Origin: Coleofasciculus sp. B1-GNL1-01
GTDB lineage: Bacteria > Cyanobacteriota > Cyanobacteriia > Cyanobacteriales > Coleofasciculaceae
Reading direction: 5' to 3' (one strand)
DNA: 55,189 nucleotides
Assembly: GCA_040220235.1 (NCBI GenBank)
Contig: JAVJTO010000040.1
Shown: positions 46,949 through 55,189 of the stretch, piece by piece
Numbering within the stretch: position 1 is the first letter of the stretch
Layout: every line of letters begins with the position of its first letter
Position numbers and translations under genes: made by a program
The notes under the pieces: model-generated
The model's database searches: none
The model's input: the letters and a program-made list of their open reading frames with translations, nothing else
Told to the model about the DNA's origin: nothing

Positions 46949-49141
46949 CTAGTTACGGCTAGCTTTGGGTTGCCAGACAGCGGCTCGAATAATTACCCAT
47001 AACAAAGACAAACTGTAAACTGCCCAAAGCCCGTTAATTAGATAAAGTCCAGGATTTTCTAACTCTCCCATTGCTAATCGATACAGACACCATAGTATTC
47101 CCAGAATCGTGAAAATAACTATCGTTAACTGCGGCAAAACTAACCGAAGATACATTCCCGATTGACGCTGCTTGGGCGTGACTTGGAATTTAATCGGGCG
47201 TCCCGTGAATACACTCCAAACCGCTTGGATAAATAGGGGAAATAACGCGATCGCGTATTGCTCCGAACGCCACAGTTCCCGGGCGGGAATCCCCCAGCTT
47301 GCGGCGATAAAGGTTAAACGGTTGAGAACAAAGGCGGGAATGAAGTGGATGGCAAATTCATCTCCATAAGCTTGCACCGGAATAATCCCGGTGAAGAAAT
47401 AAATAATCGGACAGATGAGAAAGACAACCGTAGCAAACCCAGAGAAATAGCTGTACATGGTTTGAAAATAGTGTAACTTTTGCCAAAAGGTTAACCCCGG
47501 TTTACTGAAGGGATTTTCTCGCAGGAGAACCTGTAGAGTTCCCTGCGCCCAGCGTAGCTTTTGTTTGAGCGTAGAACTTAAGTCATCGGGGGCTAATCCT
47601 GTCGCTAATTCTTCATCGTGATAGGCAGATTTCCACCCTGCTGCATGGAGGCGCATGGCGGTATTCATGTCTTCGGTAATGCTGTTACTGGAGACACCAC
47701 CTACTAAGTCAAATTCGGCTAACCGTTTTTGATCGACGGCAAATTCATCGGCAAAGTTTTGCAAGCCGACACTAATTAATGCCTCGCGTCTTAACACGGC
47801 ATTGGTTCCAGCGTAAAACGCCGAATTCATACCATCTTTTGCCTGTTGAATTAGTCCGTAGAATAAGTGGGCTTGATGTCCAAAGGGGTCTCCAGGAGGG
47901 ATATTATAAAAAGCTTGGGGGGTTTGAACAAAGGCGATTTGATTGCTTTCGTATTTTCCGGTATTGAGGTTGTAGGTGTAAAAGTAGGGCAGAACTCGTT
48001 GTAAGAATTGCGGTTTGGGAATGTGATCTGCATCTAGGGTGAGGATAAAATCGCCAGAGGTTTCGCCGGAAAACATCGCGTAGTTAATATTACCTGCTTT
48101 GGCATGGTGGGGTTTTCCTTTGGGTTTGGGACGCGCAATGTAGCGACAGCGAACTAAGTTACTGAGTTCTAACTCTTTTTGGTAAATCGCTTTTTCGACG
48201 ATTCTAATTTCAGACGCTAAATTACTGCTCAAATTGGGAGAGGTGGGATGTAAGACGCGCAGCCAGTTCCGCAGACTTTTGAGATGACTGGTAACGGTAT
48301 AAGAGGGACAATCTTGCTCAACCTCGGAGAGAGGAGAATAGGATTTAATCATGAGCAAACAATTGCGATTATCTAAGGTATGTGTGTAACTCAAATAATC
48401 CGCAACTTGATACATAATATTGACGCCACGCCCCCGTTCTGCGGTTTCCTCGACTGGATTTAATTGCTCAAACCAGGATAAAACTTGAGATAAGGCATTA
48501 AAGTCGGTATTGACGGTAAGTTGGAAGGATTCTAAAAATTGCTCGGCTTGGGAAATTTCTAGGGCTAAATTTTTCAGTTGCTGACGCCGATTTTCTAACT
48601 GCGATCGCTCGCTATTAATGCGCTCGGCTTCTTGTTGCAACATTGGCGATTGTAAGTCCTCTAACCCGAGTTTTTCGGTCATGGCTCGCAAATCGGGGGA
48701 ATTGCCATCATCGAGAACATAAACCGATAGTTTGGTGAGGGGATAATTGAGGGCTAAAGCAGCGCGTGTGGTGTTTTCGACTAATTCCGGGGGTTCATTG
48801 TAGCAGGTAATAAACACATCCACGGTGGGAAATTCTGCTGGGGGGAATGGTGGAGTAAGTTGCCACAATGAGCGGACTTTGTGAACGATGGGTCGCCATA
48901 ATCCCAGCAGAAACATGACACCGCCCACGTAACAGTAAATTTCGGCGAGGAGTAGGGGAATGGATAGCCACAGCGCATTGGTATTAATTGAATGAGTAAT
49001 TCGCCAGTGGAGATACCAAGCGCCAAAAATTAAGTTGATTTCGGCTAAATAGCGAAATAGTAAGGTTCGTTCTTTGAGGCGGGAGCGAATGTTGCCTAAA
49101 AAAACAGAGGAGTTTTCTAGAAGTGAAATAGAGGTAGTCAT
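46949..49141 (-). CDS. Processive GT2 glucan synthase (BcsA-like, no PilZ seen) with an inserted anti-sigma-kinase-like remnant
   Basis: LDDG, HAKAGN, DADH, FVQTPQ, TED, QKLRW and FQVTPK; long insert between DDG and HAKAG. Confidence 0.88.
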   Translation of the reverse strand: MTTSISLLENSSVFLGNIRSRLKERTLLFRYLAEINLIFGAWYLHWRITHSINTNALWLSIPLLLAEIYCYVGGVMFLLGLWRPIVHKVRSLWQLTPPFPPAEFPTVDVFITCYNEPPELVENTTRAALALNYPLTKLSVYVLDDGNSPDLRAMTEKLGLEDLQSPMLQQEAERINSERSQLENRRQQLKNLALEISQAEQFLESFQLTVNTDFNALSQVLSWFEQLNPVEETAERGRGVNIMYQVADYLSYTHTLDNRNCLLMIKSYSPLSEVEQDCPSYTVTSHLKSLRNWLRVLHPTSPNLSSNLASEIRIVEKAIYQKELELSNLVRCRYIARPKPKGKPHHAKAGNINYAMFSGETSGDFILTLDADHIPKPQFLQRVLPYFYTYNLNTGKYESNQIAFVQTPQAFYNIPPGDPFGHQAHLFYGLIQQAKDGMNSAFYAGTNAVLRREALISVGLQNFADEFAVDQKRLAEFDLVGGVSSNSITEDMNTAMRLHAAGWKSAYHDEELATGLAPDDLSSTLKQKLRWAQGTLQVLLRENPFSKPGLTFWQKLHYFQTMYSYFSGFATVVFLICPIIYFFTGIIPVQAYGDEFAIHFIPAFVLNRLTFIAASWGIPARELWRSEQYAIALFPLFIQAVWSVFTGRPIKFQVTPKQRQSGMYLRLVLPQLTIVIFTILGILWCLYRLAMGELENPGLYLINGLWAVYSLSLLWVIIRAAVWQPKASRN

Positions 49142-49298
49142 GGTGATTTTAGAAGGCAGTGGTTCGACAGGCTCACCAACCGGGCAGGAGGCAGAAGGCA
49201 GGAGATAATTAACCCGGAGTTAGGATTAGGTGAACTTGATATCATGACGTTTCAAAATCCTAATGTGGAACGCCAGTAGGTTCCCGCCGTTCCCGTGA

Positions 49299-51638
49299 TT
49301 AACTGGGCGGTTTGCTGGACAGTCGTCGGCAATCCTTGACCTGGTTCGGGAATAGGGCATGAAAGCCAAAGCCAACGGCTGTACTCACGGTGCGATTGTC
49401 GGGAACCGAGTTTCCTTGATCATCCAGAGTTGCCCAGGGTTTGCCCTTGCCAATAATTGTGCTATTGACAATATAGGGTGGTTGATCCAGTAGGGTAGTC
49501 GCCGCCCCTGTGACGGTACCTGTGCGATGATAGCGTTGGGCTTGGGCTTGCAGGAGGGGTTGCACCAATGCCAACATGGAGGGATCAAAGCCAAATTCTA
49601 AGCCGTAGAGGAGAAAGGGATTACTAACCGTGGAGGAGTCTGGGCTAGCTAAGGGTACGGGAACCCCCTCAACGAGGGTTGTCGGATAATTCTTGCTACT
49701 CTGAGACGGGGTAACGTTGAACCCCCAGAGTTGAAATGCCCGCGCCGCATAGTCTACATAGCCGAGGCGGGTTTCGGGCGTGACATGGGTTCGCAGTCGT
49801 CCATTGTTATCCTGTGTCACCCTGGCACTATAGAGAATCCCATCCCGGATAACTTGAGAATAAGACCAATCCAACACCAGATGATCCACAACATCAGTGT
49901 ATTCTGGATGACAAGTTTTCAACGTGTACAACGCCGCCAATAGTCGTCCCAAATCCAACGCCGACCAACCCGTCCCCTCAGCCGTAGGATTGGTGCTACC
50001 CTTGACACTGGGGTTCCCGCCGTAATCGATGGGGTGTAAGGATTGGGTATCATAGCCTCGATGGGGTAATTGTCCGGCAAATAGGGGCAACTGCTGCAAC
50101 GCGGCTAACAGATGACGAGTGCGATCGCTAAATTCTTCCGGTGAGATAATATCTAGAGTACGGGCGGCATGGAGGGCGGCTAGATAATCCCCTAATCCCC
50201 ATAGCGTAGCCCCATTGAGATCCGCGCGATCGTTCACTAAGCCTGTATTCTGGTGATAGGTTGCCTGGAAATACTGCCACGCCTTCTCCCCGTAACGCCG
50301 TTGGGTATCGGTGAGGGGTATTGCCAGAGGGGGACAGGTTGAGGACTGGGGTTTTCCGACTGGAGGGAGGGGTTGAATCGCTACCGCAGGCGGGGTGGAG
50401 GTGGAATGAGTTCTAGGGGAAACAACGGCTTCCTTTCCCGGTTGTCCGGTGGAAACACTGACGCCATTGCTGCCAATTAATGGTTGATTGCCCCTGGCTT
50501 TGTAGTAGAGAATTTCTAAAATTAAGCCATTGGTATTCCCGGTTAAGGCGGTATTCGGTGCTTGAGTTTCCTCATACAATCCCGCATAAAACCCGCCACC
50601 ATCGGGACTGCGTAAGTCTTTCACCGCCTCAAACAGCGTTTTGGCGTAATCATTATCGGGATAGAGATAGTGCCAACCGAAGGCGGCTTTAGTGCTGATG
50701 CTGCGTAACGCTGAGTGAGACTCGTTGCGATCGGTAATTGTTGCCCAGGGAACGCCATTAGCGTAAACGGTATTGTAGAGAAAATAGGGCGCTTGATCAA
50801 TATTATCCTCCGTCACCGCCGTGAGTTGTCCAGTTTGTTCATAGCGACGTTTCTGAACCTCTAAAACCCTAGCCGCATAATCCGCAATATCTCCCTGGAA
50901 GCCAAATTCAATCCCATCTAAAATATAGGACTCACTCACTACATAGTTATTGGCATTGGTGGTTTGGTAATCGCGGGTATCCACAGGAATTTGCACCCCA
51001 TTAATCTCCACCAACTTAAACGGTTCAAAGGAGACCGCTTTCGCCGCATTAAAGCCCCAAAGTTCGTAGCCTCTCGCCGCATATTCTTCATAACCCAGAC
51101 GCCCTTCTTGCACCAATAGAGTTTGATTATCCGGTAAAACCGTAGCGCCATAGAGGTGTCCATCGTTAAGCGATCGCTCAATATCCCACGTCTGAAGAAT
51201 TTTAGACAACCAATCTTCATACTGGGGATGACAAGTCCGAATTACATCAAATGCGGCTAATACGCGACCAATATCCAACGCCGACCACCCAATTCCTCGT
51301 TCGATGGGAGTATTGGCATAATCAACAAGTTGTCCAGTTTCGGTATTATACACTTTGTTGGGTAGGCTATCTTCAAATAACCTCAACATTTCCAAACCCG
51401 TTAAAAACTGATTCAGGCGATAGTCGAACTCTCCCTGGTCAATTAAATTTAACCAGCGGGCTGAATATTTACGGAGGAATGCTTCAGGACAAAAAGCAGA
51501 TAGCGAGTCTCTATCTGTAGGGTGCGTTAGCGTAGCGTAACGCACCATTGCAGCGTAACTATCTGTAGGGTGCGTTAGCGTAGCGTAACGCACCATTGCA
51601 GCGTAACGCACCATTGCCGCTAGTTCCTTCACATTCAA
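49299..51638 (-). pseudogene. Tandem DUF3131 protein, apparently damaged at both ends
   Basis: Two DUF3131 units (WSALD.GR, E.RLGY). The N-terminus is made of repeat-derived sequence, and the second unit stops before the C-terminal segment present in the first. Confidence 0.75.
51511..51620. repeat. 48-bp tandem duplication of a REP-like palindrome plus a partial copy
   Basis: CTATCTGTAGGGTGCGTTAGCGTAGCGTAACGCACCATTGCAGCGTAA at 51511 and 51559. Confidence 0.9.
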
Positions 51639-51713
51639 AACTCGGTCAGGGCGGTTTTGGCTACATTAATAGTTTGAATCGTCACCTTATCGGTAAAACC
51701 CGCCCCTACAAAC

Positions 51714-53159
51714 CTATTCCTTCACCCCTGCCCACTCGATGAGTGGTTCGCCAACTTTTTTGTAGAGAAACAGTTCCAGAATCACACCATTATTATTCGC
51801 CGTCAGGGATTTATTCGGTTCATCTAACGACTCATAAAACCCGTTGTACCATCCCTTATCCGCTTTGAGATTATCTTGGACAAACTCAAATAACTTCTTG
51901 GTGTAATCCGTATTATAAAGAACGTGCCAACCCAGCGCCGCTTTCGTACTGATAAAGCGCAAATCATCATAATTTTCGCGAGTATCAGTAATCGTTGCCC
52001 AGGCTTCCCCATTGGCAAACAAAGTGCCATAGACAAAATAAGGCGGACGATCCAAATTATCTTCAGTTAACGCCGTTAATTGATTCGTGGCGTTGTACCG
52101 GGATTCTTGTGCCGCTAAAAGTCGATCCGCATAAGCTTTCGGCAAAGCTTTAAACCCAGTTTCAATTCCATCTAAAATATAGGGTTCGCTGAGGACATAG
52201 TTATTGGCTTCCGAGGTTTCATAATCTCGCTTGTCATAAGGAACCCCTTGACCATAAAGATCGACAAACGCCACATTTTCGGCAAAATCCAACGCCTTCT
52301 GAACATTCAAAGCCCACAACTTCAAACCATAAGCCGCATAATTTTCATAGCCCAATCGCCCTTCCTGATTATATTGCTCTTTGCCATTAACAACGCTAGT
52401 GCCATACATCTGATTATTTTCCGTCAACCGCTCAACCTGCCAATGATCCCAAACCGCTTCCGTTTCAGATTTAAACTCTGGATATTTCGCGCCGACAATC
52501 TTTAGCCATAACGCCAATCGTCCCAAATCAATGGCTGACCAACCGATTTCCTCTTTCTTGTCCAGTTGACCATAATCAACAGGCATTAATGTTTCAGAAT
52601 TATAGACTTTATTCGGCAATTCATCGTTATAAAGCGGCATCGTTGCCAGTGTTTTCAACAGGCGACTCATCTTAGTCTTAAATTCAGCCGCTGGGATAAT
52701 CTCCAGTTCTTTAGCACTGACTAATGCCGCAATTGCCGCCCCTTGATCCCACATCGTTACTGAGGCAAATCCATCAGCAGAATTCACCAATCCGGTTTGA
52801 TCATTCCAGTTCTGTTCAAAATACTTCCAGGCTTGTTCAGCCATTGCCATTTCCGCTGGGGTTAATATACCTGCACCAGGGGTAATCACTGAACGTTCTG
52901 CCGCTTTGAGTTCGGCAGATGTGACAGGAGTACCGGGCAATTTTACCGATTCAGCATCAATTTTCGCCAATTTAGGGTTTTCCTGGGACTTAGGGGTAAT
53001 GACTTGAGAAACCGAGGCTTCTGGCGATGGCATAGACGCCATATTCGGCTGATTTGACAGGCTTTCCAAACTCGCGATCGCGGCGATGGCTGTGGCAATT
53101 CCTCCAGCACAAACAAAAAGAGATAATTTTCTTGGCGGTGGCTCAAAATTAATACTCAT
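51714..53159 (-). CDS. DUF3131 protein (membrane-anchored, glycoside-hydrolase-like)
   Basis: AWKYFEQN, TMWDQG, LPNKVYN, WSAIDLGR, EGRLGYENY, SEPYILDGIE and TEDN; GAGGAG RBS. Confidence 0.88.
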   Translation of the reverse strand: MSINFEPPPRKLSLFVCAGGIATAIAAIASLESLSNQPNMASMPSPEASVSQVITPKSQENPKLAKIDAESVKLPGTPVTSAELKAAERSVITPGAGILTPAEMAMAEQAWKYFEQNWNDQTGLVNSADGFASVTMWDQGAAIAALVSAKELEIIPAAEFKTKMSRLLKTLATMPLYNDELPNKVYNSETLMPVDYGQLDKKEEIGWSAIDLGRLALWLKIVGAKYPEFKSETEAVWDHWQVERLTENNQMYGTSVVNGKEQYNQEGRLGYENYAAYGLKLWALNVQKALDFAENVAFVDLYGQGVPYDKRDYETSEANNYVLSEPYILDGIETGFKALPKAYADRLLAAQESRYNATNQLTALTEDNLDRPPYFVYGTLFANGEAWATITDTRENYDDLRFISTKAALGWHVLYNTDYTKKLFEFVQDNLKADKGWYNGFYESLDEPNKSLTANNNGVILELFLYKKVGEPLIEWAGVKE

Positions 53160-53200
53160 AATGCTCCTCAAACTATTACAAATTACAAGTTACAAATGAC

Positions 53201-53809
53201 CTAAAAATAAATCCGCACCTGTCCGCTAAAGGCATCATTGTTATAGTCACTATCCCCCGTCGCTCGATTCTGGACATTGGTATAGCGATAACCAAAATCT
53301 GCCTCTACATTGGGCGAAATCTTAGCTGTACAACGGGCTTCATACCCATTAGCATTATCAAATTCTCCATCTAATCGCTGGCGTCCTAATGTTGCCGCTA
53401 ACCGACAACTCAGAAAATCAAAAACATCCCCCTCCCAACCAATCTCGGCATTGTAAACTAAGAAATCTGGCGGTGAAAAATAGCCATTTTGCCTCTCTAA
53501 ATCCTCTTGATAACTCCAGGTAAACAGATTAGCCGCCCGATAAAACTGACCCATTTTCTGCTCTAGCCGACTAAAGGATTGCCACTCTTGATTCCCATCG
53601 TTATAAAGACCCACTCTCAGAAAGGTAAAAAAGCTCGTATCTGGGGCAATCTGCCAGTATAGATTGGGACCAAATCGCCAAGCCGTGATTTGATTATCTA
53701 GCGTTTCAGCATTAAACTTATAGGGCGCTTGTTCGACGATAAAGGCGGGAAAAATTCCCGATTCTAACTCTCCTGTCGGATCTAATTGTCTTCCCAAGTT
53801 CCCAGGCAC
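53201..53809 (-). pseudogene. C-terminal fragment of an outer-membrane beta-barrel (polysaccharide export, BcsC/PgaA-like)
   Basis: Alternating beta strands, GYFSP motif and terminal aromatic (VRIYF); no signal peptide, and the 5' end abuts a palindromic repeat. Confidence 0.65.
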
Positions 53810-53915
53810 ACGACGTTTACCCTGAAGGGTGTCGTGTTTTCTCCTTACTAATTCTGATAACGGGTATACTGCTGAGTATATTCCTCAAAACTATTACGCT
53901 ATCTTTCTAGTTACT

Positions 53916-54404
53916 ATGATTGTCGGTACAAAAGAAGCGGCTGAAATTTTAAATATCTCCACGGCTCGACTGCGAGTCCTGCTGCTCCAAGGCAGAGTGG
54001 AAGGGGCTTACAAGACTGGGAGGATGTGGTTAATGCCTCTATTTAGTGGCAAACCCCTAATTAAGCGCGGGAAAAGAGGTCCGGCTCCGCGTTGGCGCAA
54101 TCCCCGAAAGCCAGCGAAAACAATCATTCACGTCAATTCACAAAGAATTCGCTCCAATCAAAAATACCAACAACGCCAGCCGGTGATTACGGTGAAAAAG
54201 TGGGGCGACCCCGCCTCGGGGATTGACGCCAGGAAACAGGGGACCCAAAAGGGCAAGACCAATATCTATGGTCATGAGGTGGAAATACCGGGAGGATGCC
54301 GGGTTGTTTATCGTCCCGATAGTCCCAGATGTGGAGCTAAGGTGTGGATTGAAACCTTTGACAACGTCCGAGTGATTTCGTGGCAGGAGGACGGCTCTGG
54401 CTGA
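53916..54404 (+). CDS. Excisionase-like HTH DNA-binding protein
   Basis: MIVGTKEAAEILNISTARLRVLL.QGRV..AYK.GRMW HTH; contains an apparent 51-bp in-frame insert. Confidence 0.75.
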   Translation: MIVGTKEAAEILNISTARLRVLLLQGRVEGAYKTGRMWLMPLFSGKPLIKRGKRGPAPRWRNPRKPAKTIIHVNSQRIRSNQKYQQRQPVITVKKWGDPASGIDARKQGTQKGKTNIYGHEVEIPGGCRVVYRPDSPRCGAKVWIETFDNVRVISWQEDGSG

Positions 54405-54539
54405 CTTGTACCCTCGCGTTAAAGATAGCCAATAGACAGGAAACGTTTGCTGGATTAGTTCGCGATCGCGCCCCCTGGGTGAGTCAGTAGGGTTACGGAT
54501 TTCAGCATGAATTCGCGATCGCCGGAGCGATTGTTGATA

Positions 54540-55189
54540 AGCTGTTCGGCATTTAAATAGGGTATAATCAAAATAGAAAATCCGAAAAACGAAAAAATAT
54601 GCCAGCCAAAAATTATTTAAAACCAGAGCAGAAAGAAAAATTACAAATTGCTCTAAAAACCGAGAACAATGCAGATATTAGAGAAAAAATTCTAATACTA
54701 TTATTGCTGAATGATGGCAAAACACAACAAGAAATTGCCGAGTTTATTGGTTGCTCACAAAACAAAGTGTGCTATTGGTGCGTTCATGGAGACCCAGACA
54801 ACTTGGAAAGTCTCAGAGATAGAAGAATGTCAGGTAACCATCAAAAAGCCACAGATAAATATATTGATATTTTACTGGAAACAATCGAAAAAAGTCTCGA
54901 AGAGTTCGGATATGAATTTGGTCGATGGACAACCCAAAGATTGGCTAAGTATTTAGAATAAAAAACGGAAATTCAGTTAAGTGGTTCACAGGTTCGGAGG
55001 ATATTAGAGAGAAAAAAGTACGCTTACCTTTGGACAAAATATAGCTTGGAAGCGAAGAGAGACTTCCAAAAAAGAGAAGCATTTAAAGAAAAGATAGAAG
55101 CATATATAAAAATAGAAAAAGAGAGTCCGGAGCGTCTCCAGGTATGGTTTTGGGATGAAAGTGGATTTAGTTTGAGGGTAATTAGAAGA
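54540..55189 (+). mobile_element. IS630-family element with a nonsense-disrupted transposase (runs off the window; left end approximate)
   Basis: ORF from 54599 has HTH and GRWT..RL motifs; TAA at 54959-54961, then the same frame continues to WFWDESGF (first DDE Asp). Confidence 0.9.

Noticed and set aside
46949..49141. Assigning the symbol bcsA
   Set aside because: No PilZ domain or bcsB/bcsZ context; product linkage cannot be read from GT2 motifs.

Overview
This 55-kb window comes from a repeat-rich, probably filamentous cyanobacterium. It has frequent HIP1 GCGATCGC octamers, STRR heptamers and REP/MITE-like palindromes; a Coleofasciculus/Oscillatoriales-like origin is my inference. Housekeeping and metabolic genes include ruvA, sucrose-phosphate phosphatase, a Mg-chelatase H paralog, DHNA-CoA thioesterase, ycf23, dapL, an alcohol dehydrogenase, a P1B ATPase, TRAP/ABC components and a persulfide dioxygenase-rhodanese-TauE sulfur cluster. 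Four accessory modules stand out. (1) A HEAT-repeat CHAT protease, a small protein and a coiled-coil/2-TM protein form a triad resembling a protease-triggered membrane-effector system (1112-5584). (2) An HAE...CxxC deaminase toxin frame missing from the ORF track (21384-21815, minus) overlaps an Imm1-like immunity gene, close to a DUF262/DUF1524 gene. (3) An AT-rich ABC-ATPase + TOPRIM-like pair looks PARIS/OLD-like (36659-38868). (4) A partly decayed polysaccharide operon encodes a beta-barrel fragment, two DUF3131 proteins, a GT2 synthase carrying an apparent anti-sigma kinase remnant, and a STAS protein (46445-53809). Also present are an internally deleted IS630 with perfect 31-bp TIRs, a nonsense-broken IS630, several repeats inserted in frame within genes, and an unannotated 25-aa membrane peptide. 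I recognised no rRNA, tRNA or CRISPR array. All family calls come from motif recognition by eye; no database searches were run.
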